64,000 nucleotides of DNA from Leptospira sp. (GTDB lineage: Bacteria; Spirochaetota; Leptospiria; Leptospirales; Leptospiraceae). The translations under genes were made by a program, and so were the position numbers. Below, piece after piece: positions 30,698 to 40,588 of the stretch (position 1 is its first letter; each line of letters opens with the position of its first letter). The notes beneath the pieces are model-generated. The model was not told the DNA's origin and searched no databases. It saw nothing but the letters and a program-made list of their open reading frames with translations. The stretch is taken from the NCBI GenBank assembly GCA_034439575.1, contig JAWXAQ010000007.1, forward strand, positions 32,001 through 96,000, given 5' to 3'.

Positions 30698-31582
30698 ATG
30701 CACATTTCCGAAGTCCTAGATAGAAATAAAACTGCCATCAGCTTTGAGTTTTTTCCTCCCAAAAATGAAGAAGCCTCTTTGGATTTGTTTAAAACTATCC
30801 AGGAACTCTCCTCCCTCAACCCCGCGTATGTGAGTGTGACGTATGGTGCAGGTGGTTCTACCAGGGACTTAACTCATGACCTAGTTGTTAAATTACAACA
30901 ACAAACGGGGCTAACTATTGTTAGTCACTTAACCTGTGTTGGTGCTACAAAATCAGAAATTGCTGATATTCTAAAGCGTTATGAAGCCTCTGGCATTCAC
31001 AATATCATGGCACTCAGAGGCGATCCACCGAAAGGACAAACAGAATTTATAAAATTTGAAAATGGTTTTGAATATGCCGGCGAACTAGTTTCATTTATCA
31101 AACAAAATTTTCCAAAGATGGGCATCGGCGTAGCAGGCTTTCCTGAAGGACATCCATCTACACCTAACAGGCTCAAGGAAATTGAATTTTTGAAATGGAA
31201 AATAGACCAAGGTGCAGATTATATCTGTACTCAATTATTTTTTGACAATAATGATTATTACGATTTCGTAGAACGATGTGAGATTGCTGGTATAAAAGTA
31301 CCTATTATCGCAGGCATCATGCCTATCACTTCAAGGAAAGGTATGGCAAGAATGGCAGAACTTTCTCTTGGTTCCAGATTTCCAGCGAGGTTACTTAAGT
31401 CTTTGTCTAGAGCAGATGACGATGCTTATGCGGAAAATGTGGGCATACATTGGGCAACAGAACAAGTGCGTGGTCTACTTGATCACAAAGTCGCTGGCAT
31501 TCACATGTACACACTTAACAAATCAAAGGCGACGAGAAAAATTTACGAGGCACTTGGAATAAGAAATTTTAATTCAATTTGA
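30698..31582 (+). CDS. metF: 5,10-methylenetetrahydrofolate reductase
   Basis: SFEFFPPK, SVTYGAGGS, HLTC, ALRGD, TQLFFD, H.YTLN. Confidence 0.97.
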   Translation: MHISEVLDRNKTAISFEFFPPKNEEASLDLFKTIQELSSLNPAYVSVTYGAGGSTRDLTHDLVVKLQQQTGLTIVSHLTCVGATKSEIADILKRYEASGIHNIMALRGDPPKGQTEFIKFENGFEYAGELVSFIKQNFPKMGIGVAGFPEGHPSTPNRLKEIEFLKWKIDQGADYICTQLFFDNNDYYDFVERCEIAGIKVPIIAGIMPITSRKGMARMAELSLGSRFPARLLKSLSRADDDAYAENVGIHWATEQVRGLLDHKVAGIHMYTLNKSKATRKIYEALGIRNFNSI

Positions 31583-32224
31583 TTCCTTCAGATTTGGATC
31601 TCGCATTCCTAAATAAGAATTATTTTTCCAATAACCTTCATGAATGATATTGCCTTTTGCATTTTTTGTAATCGATTTACCTTCTAGCATATTATTTTTC
31701 CAAATCCCTTCGAGGATGCTCTTATCAGAAAAAATATACTTTCCGAATCCATTTCGTTTCCCATCAGCATACTTTCCTTCAAATCTATCTCCATTGGGAT
31801 AAATATAAACTCCCGTTCCTGATCGTTCCCCACTTTGATAATTTCCTTCGAATAATTCTAACTCGGAATAATGAAAACGCCCTTTACCGTGACGTTTATC
31901 GTTTTCAAAATTCCCTTCGTATCGATTGCCATTTATATGATTGTAAATACCGGATCCTTCTCGTCTTCCATCAACAAATTCACCAACAAAGGTATCTTGA
32001 TTTTTATACAATAATTGGCCTTTTCCATTCCGGCGAGCTTCATAAAATTCACCTTCGTATTTGCTACCATTTTCGGTAGTTTGAATTCCTACTCCATTAT
32101 CACAATCACCTTCAACACAAACAGTTTGAAGGGTATGGCATTGAGCAAAAATCGTTATAATATAGAATAACAAAATTCCTGTTGATCTTTCTTTTATGGA
32201 ATTGTAAAACTTGATAACGATCAT
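31574..32224 (-). CDS. MORN-repeat protein (secreted or lipoprotein)
   Basis: C..GDC.NG.G then about 6 repeats of YEG.F....R.G.G...Y..G; start at MIVIKF chosen. Confidence 0.88.
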   Translation of the reverse strand: MIVIKFYNSIKERSTGILLFYIITIFAQCHTLQTVCVEGDCDNGVGIQTTENGSKYEGEFYEARRNGKGQLLYKNQDTFVGEFVDGRREGSGIYNHINGNRYEGNFENDKRHGKGRFHYSELELFEGNYQSGERSGTGVYIYPNGDRFEGKYADGKRNGFGKYIFSDKSILEGIWKNNMLEGKSITKNAKGNIIHEGYWKNNSYLGMRDPNLKESN

Positions 32225-32277
32225 CTTGTTCCCATGGCAATTCATAGATGTATTATTAATTTTAAAAAGGTATAAAA

Positions 32278-32646
32278 ATGTCATCTAAAAAGGTTCTTCT
32301 AGTGGACGATAGCACTGTCACTAGATTGATGATTAAAAAAATTATCAATGATTCAAAATTAAATTGCGAATGTTTGGAAGCGGAATCTGCGGACAAAGCA
32401 CATGATTTGATTATGACTTTGAATCATTTGGATTTTGCTACTATTGATCAAAATATGCCAGGTACACTTTCTGGTTTGGATTTCGCAGAAATCTTACTTA
32501 AAAAATTTCCCAATATTCATATAGCGCTCGTTACTGCAAACATTCAAGATGCAATCAGAAATAAAGCAAAATCGATAGGCATTGATTTTATTGAAAAACC
32601 TATCTCAGCCGAAAGACTTAATCCATTTTTAGAAAAGGTTCAATAA
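32278..32646 (+). CDS. Single-domain response regulator (CheY-like)
   Basis: VDDS, IDQNMPG, VTAN, EKP. Confidence 0.92.
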   Translation: MSSKKVLLVDDSTVTRLMIKKIINDSKLNCECLEAESADKAHDLIMTLNHLDFATIDQNMPGTLSGLDFAEILLKKFPNIHIALVTANIQDAIRNKAKSIGIDFIEKPISAERLNPFLEKVQ

Positions 32647-33254
32647 TGAATCACCTAACAGAATTAGAAGAAGATGCGTTAGGAGAATTATTTAATATTA
32701 GTTTGGGTGGGGCAGCCAAATTATTAAGTGAAATGATCTCAAATGAGATCCTACTTACAGTTCCGAGTTTAAAAATAATAAGTATAGAAGATGCTTTAAA
32801 ATTAGAATCTCTTGCCAATAAAGACATATGTTCTATAGAACAAAAGTTTAATGGAGGACTCGGGAACGGATCTGCATTTATATTATTTCATAAAGATTCC
32901 AGTCTAGAAATTGTCAGGATGATGATTAAAGATTATGTAGAAATAAATGAAGTATCTCATTTTGAAAAAGATGCTCTTAGTGAAATTGGAAATATTATTT
33001 TAAACTCTATACTTTCCAACTTAGCGAAGATGGCGGAGAAAAAAATCGAAACAAATATTCCCGAATTTTTTATCGGGAAATATGAAGATATCCTTAGAGA
33101 TGACCTCTATCAGTTAAAAGATATCAATTCAATTCTAATGGCATTTATAGATTATCATTTAAAAGGAAAAGACATCCAAGGTTATATATTTTTCTTACTT
33201 GAATTTGAAACTATAAAAAAACTATCTAATGTTCTTATAGAAAGACTGAAATAA
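32646..33254 (+). CDS. CheC-family phosphatase
   Basis: Two ExxN motifs: DALGELFNI and DALSEIGNI. Confidence 0.88.
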   Translation: MNHLTELEEDALGELFNISLGGAAKLLSEMISNEILLTVPSLKIISIEDALKLESLANKDICSIEQKFNGGLGNGSAFILFHKDSSLEIVRMMIKDYVEINEVSHFEKDALSEIGNIILNSILSNLAKMAEKKIETNIPEFFIGKYEDILRDDLYQLKDINSILMAFIDYHLKGKDIQGYIFFLLEFETIKKLSNVLIERLK

Positions 33255-33255
33255 A

Positions 33256-34908
33256 TTGGAAGATTTAAATTTCGACAATCTCCATACAATCGTCGACAAA
33301 TCTGGGATTGGGATTATTATATTAAACAATGATGAAAAAATTATTTTATCAAATCAATGGTTTTATCGTTATTCTGGATTTGATTTTTCTTCTTTAAAAG
33401 ATAAATTATTTTTGGATGTTTTTCCTGAATTTAAAAATTCACGAACTCACACTTCTATCAAACTATGTTTAGAAGATCAACAATATTCTATTCTCACACA
33501 TACCCTAAACCCATTCCCATTTCCTTTATATGAAAATTCTAGGGACAGACTTGAGGATAAAAGAATATATCAATATTTGCATATAATACCCATTCAAATT
33601 ACTACTTCTGAGGGATGTTTATGCATGATTCAAATTTCAGATGTGAGCCAACAAGTTACTAGAGAAAATATGTTACGTGAGCAGATGAACATTGCTACTT
33701 CTATTAAAGAAGAGGCGATTCGTGCTTCAAATGCAAAGTCTGTTTTTTTGGCCTCAATGAGTCATGAAATCCGCACTCCTTTAAATGCGATCTTAGGTAT
33801 GACTGAAATATTAGAGGAAACCAATTTAGATGTAGACCAAAGAAAATATTTAGATGTTCTGCGAAACTCTGGCAAAGCCTTATTTAATTTGATCAATGAT
33901 ATTCTTGATTTTTCAAGAATCGAAGCAGGAAAACTAGAAATTGATAATCATCCCTATTCATTGTTAAGTGTCATTGAAGAAACACTTTCTCTATTTTATT
34001 TAAGGGCCAAAAATAAAGGTGTTGTTTTAGAATCTTTTATTTTTCCAGGGCTTTCAACTTCTGTATATGGAGATCCAATTCGCATTCAACAAATTTTGAT
34101 TAATCTTTTGGGCAATTCTATAAAATTTACGCAAAAGGGAAAAATTTTACTTCGCATAACACATATCTTCGATGAGGATACAAGACGTGAAATGATGGTA
34201 ATAGAAGTTTCCGATACAGGTATAGGTATCCCTCCAGATAAAATAGATAAAATCTTTGACAGTTTTACACAAGGAGATAGTTCTACGACGAGAAAGTATG
34301 GCGGAACGGGACTTGGTTTAGCTATTACAAAAAAATTAGTAAATTTGCTAAATGGTAAAATAAATGTAAAAAGTGAATTTGGAATTGGTTCAACATTTAC
34401 TATTCAGCTTCCATACCTTCCTTATTTAGAAACAGAACTACAATTACAAACTACCTTTGATGGCATTGATGTTCCTGAACCTTCAAAATTTCCCAAATTA
34501 AAACTCTTGTTAGCCGAAGATTCTCCTGAAAATATTTTTTTAGTTCAAACAATATTACGAAAATATCCCATTGAGATAGATGTTGCTGAAAATGGAAAAA
34601 TTGCTGTTGATAAAGCAATGTCTAACAAATATAATGTGGCCTTAATGGATATGCAAATGCCAATTATGGATGGCAATGAGGCAATTAAATTGATTAGGGA
34701 TAATGAAAAAAAATCTAAAATTCCTACATCAAAGTCTTTGCCTATCATTGCACTGACAGCTAACGTATCTAAAGAAGATATAAAAAAGAGTTTCGAAGCA
34801 GGATGTAGTTCTTACCTAACAAAACCAGTCAGAAAAACTGATTTAGTCAGATTGATATATTTCTATACTACTTCGGAAAATGCTCTGATTTTAGATAAGC
34901 ATAATTAA
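33256..34908 (+). CDS. Cytoplasmic PAS-type hybrid sensor histidine kinase/response regulator
   Basis: MSHEIRTPLN H-box, NL.GNS.KFT, DTGIG, GGTGLGL, receiver EDS/MDMQMP/ALTA/KP; PAS-like N-terminus. Confidence 0.93.
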   Translation: MEDLNFDNLHTIVDKSGIGIIILNNDEKIILSNQWFYRYSGFDFSSLKDKLFLDVFPEFKNSRTHTSIKLCLEDQQYSILTHTLNPFPFPLYENSRDRLEDKRIYQYLHIIPIQITTSEGCLCMIQISDVSQQVTRENMLREQMNIATSIKEEAIRASNAKSVFLASMSHEIRTPLNAILGMTEILEETNLDVDQRKYLDVLRNSGKALFNLINDILDFSRIEAGKLEIDNHPYSLLSVIEETLSLFYLRAKNKGVVLESFIFPGLSTSVYGDPIRIQQILINLLGNSIKFTQKGKILLRITHIFDEDTRREMMVIEVSDTGIGIPPDKIDKIFDSFTQGDSSTTRKYGGTGLGLAITKKLVNLLNGKINVKSEFGIGSTFTIQLPYLPYLETELQLQTTFDGIDVPEPSKFPKLKLLLAEDSPENIFLVQTILRKYPIEIDVAENGKIAVDKAMSNKYNVALMDMQMPIMDGNEAIKLIRDNEKKSKIPTSKSLPIIALTANVSKEDIKKSFEAGCSSYLTKPVRKTDLVRLIYFYTTSENALILDKHN

Positions 34909-35535
34909 TTATTTAGCAACCATCTCGCGCCACCAATTTGGTGTAGATGAAATAACTCCAGGTTGTCCATATAATGAATTTGCAATGTTTAAGGATGAGG
35001 CACCCGCTTCCGTTTCAATTTCATAATAATTTTTTCCCTCTATCTCTAACTTCTGTTTAATTCGAAGTCCCTTACCTCCGAAAAAAACCTCTGCTTGTTT
35101 TTGGTTCATGGAAGTTTCAAGTTCTACAATGATATTGCCAGGCAATGCAAGTAACGTGGAACCTTTAACAGTTTTAAATACCGGCGAATAACCTATATTA
35201 CCTGAAGAATTTAAACTTTTGGAGACTCCAATTGATCCATCTTTTCCATTTGTTTTCCAAAGATTCACTATCCCCTTTGAAGTTACTAATTCTGCACTTT
35301 GATCGACTTTCTGAACTGGCGATTTTGTATTTCGGGATGATTGGTTTCCACCACCGAATTCAGCAACGAGACCAGATTCCAAAACGAGAAGTATTTTTTG
35401 GTTACCTTCATAGAAATAGAGGTCATTCGGTGAAATGTCTTGTGAATATGAGGGTCTAGATACGCATGCAGTTGCTAATATAGCAAAAATAAAACTAATT
35501 GAATGAGATTTTTTTTTATACAATATGTGGTTCAT
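34909..35535 (-). CDS. Exported protein resembling a stand-alone subtilase propeptide/external chaperone
   Basis: Signal/lipobox-like LATAC; C-terminal PGNIIVEL...YYEIET..SL.IAN.LY..PGV....PNW pattern resembling subtilase pro-regions; directly downstream of the S8 gene. Confidence 0.6.
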   Translation of the reverse strand: MNHILYKKKSHSISFIFAILATACVSRPSYSQDISPNDLYFYEGNQKILLVLESGLVAEFGGGNQSSRNTKSPVQKVDQSAELVTSKGIVNLWKTNGKDGSIGVSKSLNSSGNIGYSPVFKTVKGSTLLALPGNIIVELETSMNQKQAEVFFGGKGLRIKQKLEIEGKNYYEIETEAGASSLNIANSLYGQPGVISSTPNWWREMVAK

Positions 35536-35562
35536 AATTTACTCCTATATTTACCGTCTAAC

Positions 35563-37362
35563 TTAATTGGCACGCCCACGAACTCGTATGCTCCATGATG
35601 AAAGAGTATGATCTAAATTAGCAATATTTTTCGAAGTTGAATATACAAAACTGGATCCAGTTTGTGTATATCTAGATGTCGCATCACAGGTATAATTTGA
35701 AGTACCAGCTCCGCCAACCGCTTTAGTACAAACGTCTGCTACTCTTAACTGCCATGTACCGTTGGCAGACTCATCCACAAATGTCGTGGCACCAAATGTC
35801 CATGCCGTAAAATCATTGCAGAACGCAATAGAACCGTTAGAAGTACATATCCTAGGGACAGCGAGTCGAGCTTTAGTTCCAGCAGGTGATATCAATTCAA
35901 CATAAAGATCGCCTGCATCATCATTGGTGCCTGTTTGAACGGTCATCGTAACTTCGACAAATTCAATTTTACCTATACCAGTGTTTGATAGAGTTGCTGA
36001 ATTTAATGCACCTGTTTGGTTGTTATTTGGAATATTTGAATTTGTTGTTGAGCCAGTTTGAGTCGAAGTGAGGAGAGATCCTATCAAAGTCCAAGAATCT
36101 GCTAAAGTCAAAGCATTCCCAACATGAACGGCACCAAATCCATACTTATGATTAAAATTGAGACCAGCTCCATTGGTCACCCAATCTGAATCGGTCGAAT
36201 CGTTTTTTCTAGCCGCTCTTGCTAAAATAACTCTCACGTCTCTAGATGTTAAATTTGAGTTTCTTTCGAGAATCAAAGCCCCAACGCCGGCAGCTAATGG
36301 AGAAGATGCGGAAGTTCCATTAAAGCTGTTTGTATAATTAGTATTCGAAAAATTAGGTGATGCGCCTGTTGTGTTATAACCACCACTGCTAGCTATATCT
36401 GTTGTAGCAATGGCTGGACCTCCACTCAAACCTTGTGAATGTGCTGAAATTAATAAATTAGCACCTTCTTCTGAATAATAAGCTCTTTTTCCATCATTAC
36501 CTATGGCCGCAACAGCGAATGTATTATAAAAATTTGCTTGTCCGTCATGATTGGAATTATCTCGTGTGGCAGTCCCTGAAGAAACGATGCCACTAGTGTT
36601 AGACGATGTTAATAGTTGCCCACCATTTCCAGCCGCCCAAAAATAGATTGTCCCTTTTCCATTTCTTCCAGAAGTGAATCCAGAATTCACTCCAGATTGC
36701 CATAATGATCCACTGGATGCAAGTCTACCTGTATTGTCTGCAGCACCCCAACTATTATTTGAAACCCAAACTTTAGTTGAATTTTGGCTCATGGCACTAC
36801 TAGCATTTGAATCTGTACTGTTAACCAAAACGTTTCTAGCACCAATTTTTGATCTCGGTGCGATTCCACTTAATCCAATACCATTTGAATCACGAGCTGA
36901 CATAATCCCTGAAACAGCTGTTCCATGACAACCAAGCCCAGTTGTGCTACAATTTGAGTAATTGAAAAGTCCACTCTCACCTGAAGATGAATAGGTAATA
37001 TTCAGACTATTATCATAATTACTTTTGAGATCTTCATGAGTATAATCCATCCCATCATCTACAGTAACTATATTGACTCCATTGCCTTTACATCCTTTTT
37101 CCCATGCCGAATTGGCATTCACATCTTCACCACTTACAGCTCCACTTGTCGTTCCATCATTGTTTAAATGCCATTGATTTGTGTACAATGGATCTGAGGG
37201 AACGCCTGTCGTAGAACACGAACTAGCAACCGTCGACTGATTCTGTAAATAATTCAGAATCGCAAATAAAAGAAAAAGTTCGGTAGTTTTGTTATCTTCC
37301 TTTTTACAGTTCACTTGCAAAAATAGAAAAATAAATAATACACAGTAGTTTAAAAAACGCAC
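35563..37362 (-). CDS. Kexin/furin-like S8 serine protease lipoprotein with P-domain
   Basis: Lipobox LQVNC; DPLY..QWHL; catalytic DDG, HGT, AAGNGG, GTSASSP; FNHKYGFG; P-domain GDL...L.SP.GT ... E...GTW.L.V.D. Confidence 0.93.
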   Translation of the reverse strand: MRFLNYCVLFIFLFLQVNCKKEDNKTTELFLLFAILNYLQNQSTVASSCSTTGVPSDPLYTNQWHLNNDGTTSGAVSGEDVNANSAWEKGCKGNGVNIVTVDDGMDYTHEDLKSNYDNSLNITYSSSGESGLFNYSNCSTTGLGCHGTAVSGIMSARDSNGIGLSGIAPRSKIGARNVLVNSTDSNASSAMSQNSTKVWVSNNSWGAADNTGRLASSGSLWQSGVNSGFTSGRNGKGTIYFWAAGNGGQLLTSSNTSGIVSSGTATRDNSNHDGQANFYNTFAVAAIGNDGKRAYYSEEGANLLISAHSQGLSGGPAIATTDIASSGGYNTTGASPNFSNTNYTNSFNGTSASSPLAAGVGALILERNSNLTSRDVRVILARAARKNDSTDSDWVTNGAGLNFNHKYGFGAVHVGNALTLADSWTLIGSLLTSTQTGSTTNSNIPNNNQTGALNSATLSNTGIGKIEFVEVTMTVQTGTNDDAGDLYVELISPAGTKARLAVPRICTSNGSIAFCNDFTAWTFGATTFVDESANGTWQLRVADVCTKAVGGAGTSNYTCDATSRYTQTGSSFVYSTSKNIANLDHTLSSWSIRVRGRAN

Positions 37363-37390
37363 GATTTAACCTCTACGGAATTCCCCTAAC

Positions 37391-37427
37391 ATTGCCTGCG
37401 AATTTTACTCTCGCAAGCAATTTTTTT
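37391..37427. terminator. Hairpin immediately after the prfA stop codon
   Basis: ATTGCCTGCGA-N9-TCGCAAGCAAT (one mismatch, a G-U pair on the minus strand); T-run at 37421-37427 on the + strand. Confidence 0.5.
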
Positions 37428-38489
37428 CTATGCTTTTGCTTCTGCTAGGCGTTTTGATCTATCATCTTGCACAAGTGCATCAATTAATTCTTCCAAATCA
37501 CCTTCCATAAGTGCAGGTAAATTATGGCTCGTATAACCAACTCTATGGTCTGTGCAACGCCCTTGTGGATAATTGTATGTCCTAATTCGTTCTGAACGAT
37601 CACCAGATCCTACTTGGGCTTTCTTTAAAGCATCAGCGCTTAACTTTGCGGTTTCAGCTAACTGATCTGCGATTCTGGCACGTAACATACGCATGGCTTT
37701 GTCACGATTTTTAATTTGAGACCTTTCTTCTTGGGAAGCTGAAACAATTCCGGTAGGGATATGTGTAATACGTACAGCAGAGTCGGTAGTGTTTACGTGC
37801 TGACCACCAGCACCTGACGAGCGATATACGTCAATTCGAAGATCACTTTCTCTTATTTCTATTTCTTTTTCTTCTACTTCCGGCAATACGGCAACTGTAA
37901 CAGCTGATGTGTGAATTCGCCCGCCAGATTCAGTTACTGGAATTCTTTGTACGCGATGTGTGCCAGATTCAAATTTGAATAAGTCATAGGCACGTTCATC
38001 ATCTAACGAAAATACTATTTCTTTATAACCACCGATACCCGTTTGGCTCATATCTATGATTTCAACTTTCATCCCCATTTTATCGGCGTACTTATTGTAC
38101 ATACGAAAGAGATCAGCACAAAATAAACCAGACTCTTCTCCGCCAGTTCCAGCACGAATTTCCACAAGAATGCTCTTACCTGAATTTGGATCCGGAGGTA
38201 ATAACATAATTTCCAATTCTTTTGAGAGAGCTTCTAACCTAGCTTCGCCTACTTCTATTTCAGTTTTTAACATCGTATGCATTTCCGGATCACTTTCTGA
38301 TCCAAGCATACCTTTCGCATCCTCTATATCTTTCATGATACTTAAGTATTCATTTGCCTTGGTATAGACAGGAGTTAGGCGAGACCTTTCTTTTGAAAGA
38401 TCTTTTAGTTGATCGGATTGAGTTGCCTTACCTAGCTCATCTTCGATGCGAAGGTATTTTTCTTGTATTTTTTTCAATCTGTCTATCAT
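37428..38489 (-). CDS. prfA: Peptide chain release factor 1
   Basis: RF1 PxT motif (QRIPVTE), [26 protein letters not shown]; start MIDRLKK. Confidence 0.97.
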   Translation of the reverse strand: MIDRLKKIQEKYLRIEDELGKATQSDQLKDLSKERSRLTPVYTKANEYLSIMKDIEDAKGMLGSESDPEMHTMLKTEIEVGEARLEALSKELEIMLLPPDPNSGKSILVEIRAGTGGEESGLFCADLFRMYNKYADKMGMKVEIIDMSQTGIGGYKEIVFSLDDERAYDLFKFESGTHRVQRIPVTESGGRIHTSAVTVAVLPEVEEKEIEIRESDLRIDVYRSSGAGGQHVNTTDSAVRITHIPTGIVSASQEERSQIKNRDKAMRMLRARIADQLAETAKLSADALKKAQVGSGDRSERIRTYNYPQGRCTDHRVGYTSHNLPALMEGDLEELIDALVQDDRSKRLAEAKA

Positions 38490-38509
38490 GTCTATGGAAA
38501 GGATAGAGA

Positions 38510-39175
38510 ATGCCTGATTTTGATAAACCAAAATCTAATTCTATTGTGTTTAAGGTGAACGAAAACGACTCTCCACAACAAATAAAAAGCTTTTTAGAGA
38601 GCCTAATCGACCTCTTTGCAGGCCTAGAGGAATACAAAAGCCCCTATGCACCGACGATCCAGCCTCCGAAACTATTAATCGATGAACTCGTCCAAAATGC
38701 TTCTTTCAAAACAGCACTCATCAGTGGGACGTGTTCACTTCCCCCAGGCCCCTTAGGTCTAATCAGCATTCTACCTGAATTATTGATTATTTACCGTATT
38801 CAAGGCCAATTGGTATTAGACATTGCTGCTTTGCATGGAAAGGAAGTCCATGTTACAAAAGAATTGTTATTATACTGCATCTTCAAACATGGCAGTGCTC
38901 AAATTTTCAGAAAAATCATCGAAGAGTCATCTTTAAAAATCCTCATTCGCCCAACTACAGTTAGATTATTTCAGGTAATGCTAGAAAAATTAGGTCTAAT
39001 GATTACACACAAAGTCATCCGAAGGCAATTTGCGCGTTGGATTCCGTTAGGTGGCGCTTTTGTTACAGGAACCATAGCCTATTTTGATACAAAAAAAGTA
39101 GGCAATACGGCCCACTACCTATTTTCAAAAGAATTGGTTGTGATAAATGAGATTACTGGATTGGAAAGTAAGTGA
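38510..39175 (+). CDS. EcsC-like protein
   Basis: LPPG.LGL..I.PEL......Q..LV.DIA...G and RWIP..G......AY.DT..VG..A. Confidence 0.7.
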   Translation: MPDFDKPKSNSIVFKVNENDSPQQIKSFLESLIDLFAGLEEYKSPYAPTIQPPKLLIDELVQNASFKTALISGTCSLPPGPLGLISILPELLIIYRIQGQLVLDIAALHGKEVHVTKELLLYCIFKHGSAQIFRKIIEESSLKILIRPTTVRLFQVMLEKLGLMITHKVIRRQFARWIPLGGAFVTGTIAYFDTKKVGNTAHYLFSKELVVINEITGLESK

Positions 39176-40293
39176 AAATTCTTGTATTAACATTTTTAAT
39201 TTTTCTAACTAATTGCAAAACAGAACACGAAAATTTAGTTTCAGAAATCGAAGATTTAATTTCAAGAGAGAAATACGAAAAGGCACTCATACTTATTTCA
39301 GAAAGACTTTCAGCAACAAGAAGTACAGCCGAAATTTTATCAAAGTCAAAACCGAACCAACCCCGCTTACTACAGTTATCCGAAGATCGCAGACGTGTTG
39401 TCTGGACGGAAAACAAAACTATTTATTTTAGAGATTTAATTACTGATAAAGCGGAAAACATAGAATTAAAAATTCGTCCTGAGAATTTTCAGATTTCAAA
39501 TAACGCTGAATATGCGATATTACAATATCCACTAAAACAAAAGGGTGGCTGTGCCATCTATGCATATTCTTTATTAAACATTACCGTCGAATACGAATCA
39601 GGTGTTCATATTCCTTGCAAAACCGGGATGGGTATAACACAAAAAGGTGATAAGATATTATACTTTTTTGAAAACAATCTATATGAAGAACGGACTAGCC
39701 ATCCCAAAATTCCGAAAAAAGCTGTATCCTTTGATTTATTCCCTCCCCCTTTTCCAAAATTAAAAACAAATCTACAATTGGCAAGTTTAGGAGAAGACTG
39801 GCTGATTTGGTCAGGAGCCGGTGGAGCTTACAATTTATATTTTTTGCAAAGTAAGACGATGAAAATTACGTTCTTGAGTAAAGATATTGTATTGCCAAGG
39901 ATTACATATAACAATGGTTCTTCGGCTTATGTAGTTGGTGGTAAAGTTGGCGATTTATATCTTAGAGAAATTGAATACTCGCAAAATAGAATTCCTTCCT
40001 TACATCGGGGAATTCCTGTTTCAACACGTGAGGCTACTTCTTGGAAACTAACAGGTAAAGATGAATTTCTTACTGGAAATCAAAACGAACCTTTGCAACC
40101 CATGAAATGGAAAGTCCTCGGCAAAAAAGAACATTTACCATTTTTTTTGGAGAGATTTTGGGTGATTACGGGTGATCGAATTATCTATGAGAACAAAGCA
40201 GGCGAGCTGGTTCTGGACAATTTAATATTTGGCCCAGAAGATTTTGTGATGTTGGATTATTATAAAAAGGTTAAAAAATCATCTGACGGCTAA
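39172..40293 (+). CDS. Hypothetical lipoprotein, beta-rich (propeller-like)
   Basis: Lipobox FLTNC; beta-strand-rich repeats (S.D...VVW, S.N..YAI). Confidence 0.7.
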   Translation: MKILVLTFLIFLTNCKTEHENLVSEIEDLISREKYEKALILISERLSATRSTAEILSKSKPNQPRLLQLSEDRRRVVWTENKTIYFRDLITDKAENIELKIRPENFQISNNAEYAILQYPLKQKGGCAIYAYSLLNITVEYESGVHIPCKTGMGITQKGDKILYFFENNLYEERTSHPKIPKKAVSFDLFPPPFPKLKTNLQLASLGEDWLIWSGAGGAYNLYFLQSKTMKITFLSKDIVLPRITYNNGSSAYVVGGKVGDLYLREIEYSQNRIPSLHRGIPVSTREATSWKLTGKDEFLTGNQNEPLQPMKWKVLGKKEHLPFFLERFWVITGDRIIYENKAGELVLDNLIFGPEDFVMLDYYKKVKKSSDG

Positions 40294-40491
40294 TTAAGCC
40301 GCCTGTTCACTTTCTTTTCTATTTAGATAAAAATTGCAGTTTTTATATTTTTCAGTAACACAATATGATGTTAGATTCAACATATCGCCGTCTTCTAGCC
40401 TGTCCTTTGCACTCGGGCATACTTTTAATCCCTTAGAATATAAAGGACATTTTATATAGAATTCATGTGTCGAGTGCGTTTTCTTAGACAT
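40294..40491 (-). CDS. Small four-Cys hypothetical protein
   Basis: CPLY....VCP ... YC.....KNC.FY; fills the gap between genes. Start 40491 or 40524. Confidence 0.55.
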   Translation of the reverse strand: MSKKTHSTHEFYIKCPLYSKGLKVCPSAKDRLEDGDMLNLTSYCVTEKYKNCNFYLNRKESEQAA

Positions 40492-40588
40492 AGCTTTCAA
40501 AACTTTTTTGATTTTTACATTCATGTCAAACTGATTTTAGAACATAGGAAAAAATAAAAAAATAATTAAGTCTCTAATCCGAATTAAT

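Noticed and set aside
31574-32224. Periodic sequence suggesting a DNA repeat array
   Set aside because: Explained by protein-level MORN repeats; not CRISPR or a tandem DNA repeat.
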